A stretch of DNA of 64,000 bases from Arcobacteraceae bacterium (GCA_048268245.1 JBLWVX010000006.1:45416-109415); one strand, 5' to 3'. Shown: positions 50,089 to 60,479, numbered from the stretch's first letter. Numbers and translations: made by a program. The notes: a model not told the origin generated them from the letters alone.

Positions 50089-51290
50089 ATGAATATAAAA
50101 GAAAAAGTAAAGTTTATTTTTTTAGTAATTGTTTTCTCAATAATAGTGATATTTGTGATTAATAGCTTAACTTTATATCAAGTTAAAGAAAATAATGAAA
50201 CAAAAAGCAATATTTCTAATTTAGTTTATACTTAACATAAAATGAATAGTTTAGTAAAAGACTTACTAAATACAAAAACTATAAATGAAATCAATAACAT
50301 CAAAAAAGAGTTTGTTAGCTTTGAACAGCAATTTGAAAAGATACTAGATATATTTGAAAATGATACTACTAAGGACTTTATAGATAACTTTATAAAAGAT
50401 ATTCATAAATATGATGAGATAAAAATGAACCTTGAAAAATATTTACAAAATGAAATATTTTCTATTGTAAATAAAAATACAAAGTTTTTAAATGAAACTA
50501 AAAATAATATAGATAGATTGTCTGAAAATTTTATTGATAAGTTTTACTATACAGTATTATTTATTTTAGTTCTTACTGTAGTGTTCATTTTAATTTTATC
50601 AATAAAAGTTAACAAAAATGTAGTAATGAGTTTTGAACAAATTGAAGATGAAGTAAATAAAGGCTTAGAAGAGATAAGAAGTTTAAATAATGAAATCGAA
50701 AATACGCAAAAAGAAGTTGTTTTTACAATGGGCTCAATTGGTGAGAATAGAAGTAAAGAAACAGGTAATCATGTAAAAAGAGTTGCTGAATATTCTAAAT
50801 TATTAGCTTTAAAATATGGATTAGATAAAAAAGAAGCTGAATTGTTAAAACAAGCAAGCCCTATGCATGATATAGGAAAAGTTGCTATCCCTGATTCTAT
50901 TTTAAATAAACCTGGTAGATTTGATGATAATGAAAGAAAATAATGAATACTCATGCAAAACTAGGCTATGATATGTTAAAACATTCATCAAGACCTCTTT
51001 TAAAAACAGCTACTATAGTATCTTTAGAACATCATGAAAAGTGGGATGGTACAGGCTATCCTAATGGTTTAAAAGGTGACGAAATACATATTTATGGAAG
51101 AATTACAGCTTTAGCAGATGTATTTGATGCATTAGGTAGTGATAGGTGCTATAAAAAAGCTTGGGAAGATGAAAAGATATTTAAATTATTTAAAGAAGAA
51201 AAAGGTAAACATTTCGATCCAAAACTAATAGATATTTTCTTTGATAATTTAAATGATTTTCTAAAAATTAGAGATACTTTTAAGGATTAG
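50089..51290 (+). pseudogene. Membrane-anchored HD-GYP phosphodiesterase, disrupted
   Basis: ORF from ATG 50089 (MNIKEKVKFIFLVIVFSII) with in-frame TAA at 50233, then a frameshift at the A run 50937-50940 between HDIGK and HHEKWDGTGYP. Confidence 0.85.
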
Positions 51291-51299
51291 TTTTTATAA

Positions 51300-52166
51300 A
51301 TGAATAAAGAAATATTACAAGAAGCAAATAAACTTATTAAAAATGAGTTAATAAATCAAACAAATATAAATAGTGTAAAACTTTTTAAGACAAGTGATTA
51401 TTCAAAAAGACAACCTTTAACTTATGAGTTTTGTTTGATTTTAGTACTGCAAGGTAAGAAACTTGGATATTTACCAAATAAGGATTTTGAGTACAACAAA
51501 GATAACTATTTAGTAGTTCCTATTAGTCTTCCTTTTGAGTGTGAGACATATGCTTCAAAAGAAGAGCCTTTTATTTGCTTAGCTATTGATATTGATAAAA
51601 AGATGATGTTTGATATTATTTCATCTTTAAGTAATCAAGAAGCCAAAAAGTGTAAAAAAATACAAATGGGAGTATTTCAAGATAGTGTAACACCTCAAAT
51701 AGAAGATATAGTTTTAAGGCTTTTAAAAACCCTTAGCTCAAAAGAAGAATCAGCTATTTTAGGTGAGTCAATTTTAAAAGAGTTATATTACAGAATCGCA
51801 ACAAATAGTAATTCTCACTTTTTATATAAAATGTTTTTAAAACAAAAACAAGAAGCAAAAATAGCTAAAGCTTTAAAAAGTATCCATGATAATTTTAATC
51901 AACCTTTAGACATCCCTACTTTAGCAAAACAAGAGGATATGAGTGTATCATCTTTTCATACACATTTTAAAAATATCACTTCATATTCACCTTTACAGTA
52001 TATAAAAAAGATTAGATTAAATAAAGCAAAAGATTTTATAGAACAGAAAAATATGCAAGTTAACAATACAGCTTATGCAGTAGGATATGAGTCAGTGTCA
52101 CAGTTTTCAAAAGATTTTAAAAAATACTTTGGTTACCCACCTAAAGAGGCTAAAATAGCCCTTTAG
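51300..52166 (+). CDS. AraC family transcriptional regulator (YqhC-like)
   Basis: AraC_N-type LQGKK N-terminus; MSVSSFH..FK, SPLQY.K..RL, VGYES.SQFS. Confidence 0.9.
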   Translation: MNKEILQEANKLIKNELINQTNINSVKLFKTSDYSKRQPLTYEFCLILVLQGKKLGYLPNKDFEYNKDNYLVVPISLPFECETYASKEEPFICLAIDIDKKMMFDIISSLSNQEAKKCKKIQMGVFQDSVTPQIEDIVLRLLKTLSSKEESAILGESILKELYYRIATNSNSHFLYKMFLKQKQEAKIAKALKSIHDNFNQPLDIPTLAKQEDMSVSSFHTHFKNITSYSPLQYIKKIRLNKAKDFIEQKNMQVNNTAYAVGYESVSQFSKDFKKYFGYPPKEAKIAL

Positions 52167-52181
52167 GTAAAAATATTCTGT

Positions 52182-53324
52182 TTATTTCATTGAAAGTTTT
52201 AGAATTTTTTCACTAGTTTCTAGTGTAATATTAGCATTTTCACCAATAGCTGTCATACCATGTATTTTTAATCCTGATAAAACATTTTCAATTACTTTAT
52301 CATCAATTTCATAATCATTTAGGTTTGTTGAAATCCCTACTTTCTCATATAAATTTTCAATAGCTTTAATTACAGCTTCTTCATCTTCATTTATATTAAA
52401 TACTTCTGTTCCCATTTGAAGAAGTTTTTCTTTTTTATCTTCTTTTAACACTCTTAAAAGTGATGGTTGAACAATTGCAAGTGTTCTTGCATGATCTATT
52501 CCATAGTAAGCAGTTAATTCATGCCCTATGAAGTGTGTAGCCCAGTCTTGTGTAACACCAGTTCCGATAAAGCCATTTAAGGCTTGGTTTGCAAGAAGCA
52601 TTAAATTTTCTAACCATACATCTTCTCTTCTATTTTCCCAATCATCAGCAAGTTTTGATAAACCTTTTAAAATAGTTTGTGCATATCCATCATGTAAAAG
52701 TGATGTGTTTGTTTTTGTAATATACTGTTCACATGTATGAACAAAAGCATCAACTAAACCATTTGCTAGTTGTCTATCACTTAATGAGCTCATAACAGTA
52801 GGATCTAAAACTGCAAATTTTGGAAATGATAAAACTGAGTGGAAAAATCTTTTTTCATTTGTTTCTTTTTTTGTAAGAACTGCACCTGTATTTGACTCAC
52901 TTCCAGTTGCTGCTAAAGTTAAAACAACACCTAAAGGTAAAGCTTTTTCAACTTGTGCGCTTCCATCTAAAAAGTCCCATGCATCACCTTCATATAAAGA
53001 TGCTGCTATTAAGTATTTACAACCATCGATAACAGAACCACCACCAACAGCAAGTACAAAATCAATGTTATTTTCTTTTACTACTTCAACAGCTTTGTTC
53101 ATAGTCTCATAAGTTGGATTTGCTTCAACTCCACTAAACTCAATCCAGTCATAACCTTCAAGTGCAGCTGCAACTTGGTCATAAACTCCATTTTTCTTAA
53201 TAGAACCACCACCATAAACAACTAAAACTTTTTGCTCTTTTGGTATATGTTGTGTGATTGATTTAATTTTTCCTTTTCCAAAATAAATAGTTGTTGGGTT
53301 ATAATAATCGTATGTAAAACTCAT
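52182..53324 (-). CDS. Iron-containing alcohol dehydrogenase (YqhD/BdhA-like)
   Basis: YGGGSIKKNG, VGGGSVID, ATGSE, DAFVH..E, DWATH.IGH, DHA. Confidence 0.92.
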   Translation of the reverse strand: MSFTYDYYNPTTIYFGKGKIKSITQHIPKEQKVLVVYGGGSIKKNGVYDQVAAALEGYDWIEFSGVEANPTYETMNKAVEVVKENNIDFVLAVGGGSVIDGCKYLIAASLYEGDAWDFLDGSAQVEKALPLGVVLTLAATGSESNTGAVLTKKETNEKRFFHSVLSFPKFAVLDPTVMSSLSDRQLANGLVDAFVHTCEQYITKTNTSLLHDGYAQTILKGLSKLADDWENRREDVWLENLMLLANQALNGFIGTGVTQDWATHFIGHELTAYYGIDHARTLAIVQPSLLRVLKEDKKEKLLQMGTEVFNINEDEEAVIKAIENLYEKVGISTNLNDYEIDDKVIENVLSGLKIHGMTAIGENANITLETSEKILKLSMK

Positions 53325-53429
53325 TGAAAATTCCTTTAATTTTTTAATTTATGTATTATAGAATAAAACTTAAAGATAATAAATAGTAAAACTTACAAAT
53401 TTCATGTCAATTTCTACAAATAAGCTAAA

Positions 53430-53451
53430 TGTCAAGAAAGTGTTAAGAAAG
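53430..53451 (+). promoter_or_regulatory. Candidate OmpR-family operator: tandem 11-bp direct repeat
   Basis: TGTCAAGAAAG TGTTAAGAAAG (10/11 identical) upstream of the cytochrome operon. Confidence 0.55.
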
Positions 53452-53510
53452 AATTTTTAGATATTGAATCTTTTCATTTATAATTCTCTTATAAATAAAA
53501 AAGGAGCAAT

Positions 53511-53912
53511 ATGAGACTTATATTACTAATAACACTTTTAGTATCATCTGTGTTCTCAAATGATATTCAAAACTATATGAATACCTTAGAACAAGAAGTA
53601 AAAAGGAATAATCCAAATTTTGAAGGCTTTGATTTCAAAAGAGGTGAACTAATATTTACTTCAAAACATATAGGAAAAAAAGGTAAAGAAATTTCTTGTA
53701 CATCTTGTCATGGAATTGATTTGACAAAACCACATAAAAACTTTTTTACGGGTAAGCAAATAAAGCCTTTATCTCCTAATGTAAATAATAAAAGACTTAG
53801 AAATATTAAAGATGTAAGAAAATGGCTTAGAAGAAATTTTAAAGATGTATACAATAGAGTTGGAACAGCACAAGAAAAAGGTGATGTTTTAACTTATATT
53901 ATGAATAAATAG
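53511..53912 (+). CDS. Monoheme cytochrome c, SHP/DUF1924-like
   Basis: Signal peptide, CTSCH, TGK.I.PL.P..N..R, KW..RN..DV..R..T..EKGD. Confidence 0.85.
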   Translation: MRLILLITLLVSSVFSNDIQNYMNTLEQEVKRNNPNFEGFDFKRGELIFTSKHIGKKGKEISCTSCHGIDLTKPHKNFFTGKQIKPLSPNVNNKRLRNIKDVRKWLRRNFKDVYNRVGTAQEKGDVLTYIMNK

Positions 53913-53922
53913 GAGGTGTAAT

Positions 53923-54438
53923 ATGAAATATTTATTTATAATATTATCTTTATTCAATTTTGTTATGGCAGATAATGACTACTATCTAAAAAAAGGTGTT
54001 AAGCCTGTAACTAATAAACTTTATATAAATGAATGTTCTGCTTGTCACTTTGCTTATCAACCTGGGCTATTACATGAAAAATCATGGATAAAACTTATGA
54101 ACAATTTAGAAAGTCATTTTGGTGTTGATGCTTCACTTTTAGAAGAGGATTTAGTTACTTTAACTAAATATTTAAAAGATAATAGTGCAGAAAAAAATAT
54201 GGATTATAAAAGAAGCAGAAGGATTATAAATAGTTTAAATGGTTTTGATCCATACCCTATTGCTATTACTAAAGTTCCATATATCATCAAAAAACATGAT
54301 GAGATTCCAAATAAATATATAAAACAAAAAGAAGTAAAAGCTTTGTTTAATTGTAATGCTTGTCATACGACAGCAAAAAAAGGTATATATAGTGAAAGAG
54401 ATATTTATATACCAAACTACGGAAAATGGGATGATTAG
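53923..54438 (+). CDS. Diheme cytochrome c (DHC)
   Basis: ECSACHFAY.PGLL...SW...M..L..HFG.DA; second site CNACH. Confidence 0.9.
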   Translation: MKYLFIILSLFNFVMADNDYYLKKGVKPVTNKLYINECSACHFAYQPGLLHEKSWIKLMNNLESHFGVDASLLEEDLVTLTKYLKDNSAEKNMDYKRSRRIINSLNGFDPYPIAITKVPYIIKKHDEIPNKYIKQKEVKALFNCNACHTTAKKGIYSERDIYIPNYGKWDD

Positions 54439-54447
54439 GAGTTTATT

Positions 54448-55563
54448 ATGAAATCATATATATGGAGTTTACCAACTAGAGTTTTTCATTGGTTATTAGC
54501 TTTATTTGTTACTCTTGCATTTTTAACTGAGGATGATGATTTGATTACATATCATGTTGCAATTGGTTATGCTCTTTTAATTCTTATTCTTTTTAGAATT
54601 GCTTGGGGTATTTTTGGCCCTAAGTATTCAAAATTTTCTGATTTTACTTTTAGTATTAGTAAGAGTAAGGAGTATCTAAAAAATATCTTAGATACAAAAC
54701 AAAAATTTATTGGACATAATCCTTTAGCTTCTTTTGTTATGTTATCTATGTTATTAGTTATTTTTTTTACTATTATATCAGGGGTACTTACTTTAGGGAT
54801 ACAAGAAGGGAAAGGTATATTATCTTTTTTAAATAGTGATTTTTTTAAAGAGATGGACTTATTTGAAGATGTACATGAGTTATTTGCTAATTTACTTTTA
54901 TTTCTTATTGGTTTACATTTAGTTGGTGTATTTAGTGATAAACTTCTTCATCCAAAACATAAAACATTAAATTCTATTTTTACAGGTTTTAAATCAACAA
55001 AAGAAAATATGAGTATACAGCTTAATATATATCAAAAACTTATTGCTTTTTTCTTCTTTGTATCATTGATATATTTCTTTGTTTATTGGATTGAGAATGA
55101 TAAAAATAATATCTTTATAGCTTCAAAGTTTCAAGCAAAAGATTATAAGCAAGAACATGCACTTTTTTTTAAAGAGTGTTCTTCTTGTCATATAATATAT
55201 CCACCTGAAGCATTACCTAAAAAATCATGGAAAGTACTAATGTCACAATTAGAAAATCATTTTGGTGATGATGCTTGGATTCCTAATGAAGACAATCAAA
55301 ATATATTAGCTTATTTGCTAAAAAATAGTGCTGAAAATAGTACTAAGAAGTATAGTGTTAAAATTTTGAATTCTATAAAAAATCAAGATATAATAGCTAT
55401 AAGTCAAACTAACTATTGGAAAAAAGTGCATAGAAAAATACCTAAAAAAGCTTTTTCCCATGAAGATGTAAAAAGTAAGGCAAATTGTAAAGCTTGTCAT
55501 AATGATATTGAAAAAGGTTTAATAGACAATGGTAATATTAAGAGTATTGATAGTTTTATTTAG
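54448..55563 (+). CDS. Cytochrome b (Ni-hydrogenase CytB type) fused to diheme cytochrome c
   Basis: W.LPTRVFHW, H...GY, GHNPL, HE..AN, H..GV; C-terminal CSSCH and CKACH. Confidence 0.9.
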   Translation: MKSYIWSLPTRVFHWLLALFVTLAFLTEDDDLITYHVAIGYALLILILFRIAWGIFGPKYSKFSDFTFSISKSKEYLKNILDTKQKFIGHNPLASFVMLSMLLVIFFTIISGVLTLGIQEGKGILSFLNSDFFKEMDLFEDVHELFANLLLFLIGLHLVGVFSDKLLHPKHKTLNSIFTGFKSTKENMSIQLNIYQKLIAFFFFVSLIYFFVYWIENDKNNIFIASKFQAKDYKQEHALFFKECSSCHIIYPPEALPKKSWKVLMSQLENHFGDDAWIPNEDNQNILAYLLKNSAENSTKKYSVKILNSIKNQDIIAISQTNYWKKVHRKIPKKAFSHEDVKSKANCKACHNDIEKGLIDNGNIKSIDSFI

Positions 55564-55915
55564 TCTGTTTTTTTATTTAAATGCTTCTGATAATTCAAAT
55601 AAATACCATATATATAAAAACTTAGATTATTTAGATTTAAGTACAAATCAGGTTGATAAACTAAAAGAAGTTTTAATTAAATATCAAATAGATTACAAAA
55701 AATATCATAAAAAGAAGAAAAAAGAAGAAAAAAAATTAAAAGAGTTAATTTTAAAAGATAAATTTAATGATGATAATTATGAAGAGAGTTTAGAAGAAAT
55801 ATATGAAGAATTGATAGAATTAGAAACAAATTTTATTGAGAATATTCATTCAATTTTAACTCCAATTCAAAGAAGAAAATTTTCAAAACATTTTAGGGAG
55901 TGGAGAGTTGACTAG
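55529..55915 (+). CDS. Spy/CpxP-like periplasmic protein
   Basis: Signal peptide; LSTNQ and ILTPIQR (LTxxQ) motifs. Confidence 0.7.
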   Translation: MVILRVLIVLFSLFFYLNASDNSNKYHIYKNLDYLDLSTNQVDKLKEVLIKYQIDYKKYHKKKKKEEKKLKELILKDKFNDDNYEESLEEIYEELIELETNFIENIHSILTPIQRRKFSKHFREWRVD

Positions 55916-56573
55916 AAAAGTATTATTAATTGAAGATGATTTACAAATGCAAGAGTTTATAAAAGAATACCTTGAAGATTATGATTTTGAATGTACTTGT
56001 TTTAGTGACCCTAAAGAAGTTATAAGTCACCTTAAACTTGATAAAGATTATTCGATAATTATTTTAGATTTGATGTTGCCAAATATGGATGGTTTTGATT
56101 TATTAAAAAAGATAAAACTTATTACTAATACGCCTATAATAATATCTTCTGCTAGAGGTGATATTGGAAATAAGATACATGGATTTGAACTTGGAGTAAA
56201 TGATTATTTAGCAAAACCTTATGAACCAAGAGAACTAGTTCTTAGAATAGAAAACATACTAAAAAACTTCACAAAAGATAATATTAAAATATCTGATTTT
56301 ACAATCGATAAAGCAAATATGGAAGTATCTATTGATGATTACCCAATTTTATTTACCAAAATAGAGTTTGAAATTTTTATTTTTTTAATAGAGAATTTAA
56401 ATAATATCACATCAAGAGAACAAATATTAAATGCCACTTCATTAGATGAAAGTACTAAAAACAGGTCAATTGACACTCATATTTCTAATATAAGAAGTAA
56501 AATTGGTGATGATTCTAAAAAACCCAAATATATTAAATCTGTTTGGGGTATTGGCTATAAATTTGTTGGATAA
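55908..56573 (+). CDS. OmpR-family response regulator
   Basis: IEDD, LDLMLP, SSAR, DYLAKPY, RSID.HISNIR, SVWGIGY. Confidence 0.95.
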   Translation: MTRKVLLIEDDLQMQEFIKEYLEDYDFECTCFSDPKEVISHLKLDKDYSIIILDLMLPNMDGFDLLKKIKLITNTPIIISSARGDIGNKIHGFELGVNDYLAKPYEPRELVLRIENILKNFTKDNIKISDFTIDKANMEVSIDDYPILFTKIEFEIFIFLIENLNNITSREQILNATSLDESTKNRSIDTHISNIRSKIGDDSKKPKYIKSVWGIGYKFVG

Positions 56574-56583
56574 AGAGTAGATT

Positions 56584-57774
56584 TTGGATATTAGAAAAAA
56601 AATAAGTATTCTATTTCTCATCAGTTTAATTTTGATGACAATAATTGGTATATGGATAGATGATATAAATTCACAACGAATTAATAAACTTGTAAAAGAT
56701 AAATATATTGATATTGCAAATAAAATTGTTTTAGATATAGAAAACACAGATAAAACACATCAACTTATAAAACAATATGATTTAAAAATATTAGATGATA
56801 TATCAAATAAGAATATAAAAACTTTATATCATCAAAAACATACATTTGGATTTATACATATTTTTCAAAAAGAGTTTGATGATGAGTTTATTTTACATAT
56901 AAAATACTTGAATACTGAATACATACTAGAGACAGCTGATGAAGAAAATATAAATGATAGAAGAGTATTAAACCTCTTAGTTATCTTAGATATTTTATTG
57001 CTAATTGGGATATTTTTATATATATTTAAACTAATATATCCATTGAAGAAAATTACTGATAACATAGATAACTTTGCTAAAGGTGAATATAATAGTAGAG
57101 TTGATATAACATCGAATGATGAAATTGGAACATTAGCTAAAACTTACAATAAAATGGCAAGTGAAATAGAAGATTTGATAAAAACAAGAGAAAATTTATT
57201 GAGAGATATTGGTCATGAGTTAAGAACTCCAATTGCAAAAGGTAATTTTGTTTTAGAAAAAATAGAAGATAAATCACAAAAGCAAATTTTGAAAAAAATT
57301 TTTAAAGATTTGGAAGAGTTGACAAGTGAGCTTATTGAATTAGAAAAGTTAAACTCTACAAAATTAAATATTTCAACTTTTGATGCAGAAACTCTTATAA
57401 TACAGTCTTTAAATAAATTATATATTGATAATGAAGAAAATATTGAATTGCTAATTGAAAATAATTTTAATATTAAAGGTGATTTGGATTATTTATCAAT
57501 TGTTTTCAAAAATCTTATTGATAATGCTTTAAAATACACTACCAAAAATCCAATATTTATAGAGATTAAAAATAAAGAAATTATAGTCAAAAATTCAGGT
57601 TTAGAATTAAAGAAAGATATTTCTCATTATATAAAACCCTTCGTTCAAGAATTACCACAAAGAGATGGTTTTGGGTTGGGATTAAGTATAGTAAATAAAA
57701 TTCTTTATAAGCATAACTTGTTTTTACATTATGAATATAAAGATAAAATGAATTGTTTTAAAGTAAAATTTTAA
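56584..57774 (+). CDS. Sensor histidine kinase (ArsS-like)
   Basis: Two TMs, DEIG HAMP, IGHELRTP, NLIDNALKY, GFGLGL. Confidence 0.92.
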   Translation: MDIRKKISILFLISLILMTIIGIWIDDINSQRINKLVKDKYIDIANKIVLDIENTDKTHQLIKQYDLKILDDISNKNIKTLYHQKHTFGFIHIFQKEFDDEFILHIKYLNTEYILETADEENINDRRVLNLLVILDILLLIGIFLYIFKLIYPLKKITDNIDNFAKGEYNSRVDITSNDEIGTLAKTYNKMASEIEDLIKTRENLLRDIGHELRTPIAKGNFVLEKIEDKSQKQILKKIFKDLEELTSELIELEKLNSTKLNISTFDAETLIIQSLNKLYIDNEENIELLIENNFNIKGDLDYLSIVFKNLIDNALKYTTKNPIFIEIKNKEIIVKNSGLELKKDISHYIKPFVQELPQRDGFGLGLSIVNKILYKHNLFLHYEYKDKMNCFKVKF

Positions 57775-57831
57775 ATATTACAATTTGAAATATTTTTAAG
57801 TGTATATGATTTTTTATACTAAAATTACAAA

Positions 57832-59073
57832 ATGAAAAATAGTATATACAAAAAGATGGAAGTCTTAGCAGACTCAGCAAAATATGATGTTTCATGTAGT
57901 TCAAGTGGAAGTGATAGCAACTATAAAACAGGCGAATTAGGAGCTACACATAAAAGCGGAATTTGTCATACTTATACAGCTGATGGAAGATGTGTATCAT
58001 TACTGAAAGTCTTATTTACAAATCATTGTATTTATGATTGTTCATATTGTATAAATAGAAAATCAAATGATATAAGAAGAGAAGCTTTTACTCCAAGACA
58101 ACTTGCAGATATAACTATAAACTTTTATAAAAGAAACTATATAGAAGGTCTTTTTTTAAGCTCAGGTATCGTAAAAGATGAAGACCATACTATGAACTTG
58201 ATACTTAGAGCTTTAAAAATACTAAGACATGAGTATAAGTTTAATGGTTATATCCATGTGAAACTAATTCCTGGTTCTTGTGATGAGCTAATACGTGAAG
58301 TAGTAGCATTAGCAAATAGAGTAAGTTCAAATATAGAACTACCAAGTAATAAATCTTTGAAACTTTTAGCTCCAAATAAAACAAAAGAAAAAGTACTACA
58401 ACCCCTAAAATATGCCAGAGATATAAGTTTAGAAAAAGAGACAAAACCTATTGGAATGAGTACACAACTTATAGTAGGTGCTACCCCTGAGAGTGATAAA
58501 GATATATTAAAACTAAGCTCAGTTTTATATGATAAAGCATTATTAAAAAGAGTTTATTATAGTGCTTATATTCCTGTAAATGATGATAAAAATCTTCCTG
58601 CTATTATTACAAAACCACCATTGCTTAGGGAACATAGGCTTTATCAAGCTGATTGGCTTTTGAGATTTTATGACTTTACTTGGGATGAGATAGTAGATGA
58701 AGAAAATCCAAATTTGGATGAAGATGTTGATCCAAAAACATTTTGGGCACTTCAAAATTTACAATACTTTCCAATGGAAATAAACAAAGTAAGTAAGGAC
58801 GAGCTTTTAAGAATACCAGGGATTGGCGTAAGAGGTGTATTTAAAATACTAAAGGCTAGAAGATTTAAAAGTTTAGATTTTGAAGATTTAAAAAAGCTAA
58901 AAATATCACTAAAAAGAGCAAGATATTTTATCACTTGCAAAGGAAAATATCAAAAAGATGTGGCATTTTACAAAGAAGATATAAAACAAGCAATAGTAAA
59001 ACCAGCTCAAAAAAAGATAATTCAACCAAGTTTATTTGATATGGATTATAGTGCAATAACAGGTGAGATATAA
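57832..59073 (+). CDS. Putative DNA modification/repair radical SAM protein (TIGR03916-like)
   Basis: AKYDVSC.SSG, GICH...DGRC.SLLK, CIYDCSYC, REHRLYQADWLLRFY, HhH LLRIPGIG. Confidence 0.92.
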   Translation: MKNSIYKKMEVLADSAKYDVSCSSSGSDSNYKTGELGATHKSGICHTYTADGRCVSLLKVLFTNHCIYDCSYCINRKSNDIRREAFTPRQLADITINFYKRNYIEGLFLSSGIVKDEDHTMNLILRALKILRHEYKFNGYIHVKLIPGSCDELIREVVALANRVSSNIELPSNKSLKLLAPNKTKEKVLQPLKYARDISLEKETKPIGMSTQLIVGATPESDKDILKLSSVLYDKALLKRVYYSAYIPVNDDKNLPAIITKPPLLREHRLYQADWLLRFYDFTWDEIVDEENPNLDEDVDPKTFWALQNLQYFPMEINKVSKDELLRIPGIGVRGVFKILKARRFKSLDFEDLKKLKISLKRARYFITCKGKYQKDVAFYKEDIKQAIVKPAQKKIIQPSLFDMDYSAITGEI

Positions 59074-59074
59074 A

Positions 59075-59803
59075 ATGATTTTACAATATGATGGAAGTTT
59101 CGAAGGCTTTTTAAGTTTAGTATATGAGGTGTTTTATAAGAAGCATAAGCCAACTATGATTTTAAGAAGTGAACCTAAAACATTGGTTTTAGAAGAGATA
59201 AAACTTATAAAAACAGATGAAGAAAATGCCCTAAAAGTACTAAAAGCAATTGAAGAAAAATTTGATAAAAAATCTTATGAAAAAATTATTAATACTTTTA
59301 TGTGTGATTCAAAAGAGTTTGAATTAGAGCTTTTATCTTTTATTATTTATGGGTTCAAAGATAAAAGTGAGCTTCTTAATATAAACAATTCTTGTGTTTT
59401 TTATATAGATAATCTACAAAAAGAATTATTTAGACATGTGCATAAAATGACTGGTTTTACGAGGTTTGAAGAGCTTGAGGATGGAAGTTTATATGCCAAA
59501 ATTGAGACAAAATTTAATGTAGTATATTTTCTAGGAAAACATTTTTTTAAAAGACTAAATAATCAAAAATACATAATACATGATATAAACAGAAAAGTTG
59601 CTTTTATAAAAAATGATTATTATCTTGGAGTAAAAGAGGTCTTAGATTTTGAAGAACCAAAGGTCTCTGATGATGAACAGATGTTTCAAAATTTATGGAA
59701 TACCTTTTTTAAAGCCGTAAGTATAGATGAGAGAAAAAATGAAAAGTGTCAAAAAAACTATGTTCCCCTACTTTATAGAAAATATATGACCGAATTTATT
59801 TAA
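59075..59803 (+). CDS. Putative DNA metabolism protein (TIGR03915/DUF4130-like)
   Basis: YDGSFEGFL, HKM.GF.RF, HF..R, IHD..R, LW..FF....I.ER.N; directly follows the radical SAM gene. Confidence 0.88.
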   Translation: MILQYDGSFEGFLSLVYEVFYKKHKPTMILRSEPKTLVLEEIKLIKTDEENALKVLKAIEEKFDKKSYEKIINTFMCDSKEFELELLSFIIYGFKDKSELLNINNSCVFYIDNLQKELFRHVHKMTGFTRFEELEDGSLYAKIETKFNVVYFLGKHFFKRLNNQKYIIHDINRKVAFIKNDYYLGVKEVLDFEEPKVSDDEQMFQNLWNTFFKAVSIDERKNEKCQKNYVPLLYRKYMTEFI

Positions 59804-59810
59804 GACTTAT

Positions 59811-60479
59811 TTAGAACTGATTTATAAGATTTGCATTTTGATTTTGCATATTTTTATACTCTTGTTTTAGCTGCTCATATTGTAAATAATAGTCATTATA
59901 TAAAAACGAATAATCACTATTTTCATCTTTGTATGTATCATATTGATTTTTATAAGAGCTACTTAATGTATCTAAAAAAGAAAAAGAGTTAATTTCAAGT
60001 AAAATTTCATCAAGTTGTTCTTGTGGTATTTGGTCTGTTGTTTTCATGTTTTCATTATTTATTTTATAGTTTGCACTTTTATGTAGTAAATCACTTAGAC
60101 TATTATTTGAATTTTGTGATGAAAAATAGTTATGTTTGTCTTCATATTTAGTTGATAAAAAATTGTATCCAAGATTAAAAGGTTTTCCTAATACTGTATT
60201 AAACATGGCTTTACTTAAGTTTTCATCATTTGTAAAAAGTGTAGCTAATCTTAAATTTTTTGCTATTTGTTTATCTTCTTCATTTGTAAAAAGATATTCT
60301 ATTTCTTCAAGACTTATATTTTTGATGTTTTCAAAAGTAAGACTGTTTGTCTTATCTGTTTTAAAATCTTTATCTATAGAAGTTTTAATTTCTTTCAAAA
60401 ACTCTTGGTTTTTAGTACTGATATTATCTTTTTTAATATTTGCTAAGAAATTTAGCTCATTTATATTTGAAGTAAACAA
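59811..60479 (-). CDS. Hypothetical protein
   Basis: 222-aa Asn/Lys-rich ORF with TTG start after AAGG; no motif recognised. Confidence 0.65.
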   Translation of the reverse strand: MFTSNINELNFLANIKKDNISTKNQEFLKEIKTSIDKDFKTDKTNSLTFENIKNISLEEIEYLFTNEEDKQIAKNLRLATLFTNDENLSKAMFNTVLGKPFNLGYNFLSTKYEDKHNYFSSQNSNNSLSDLLHKSANYKINNENMKTTDQIPQEQLDEILLEINSFSFLDTLSSSYKNQYDTYKDENSDYSFLYNDYYLQYEQLKQEYKNMQNQNANLINQF

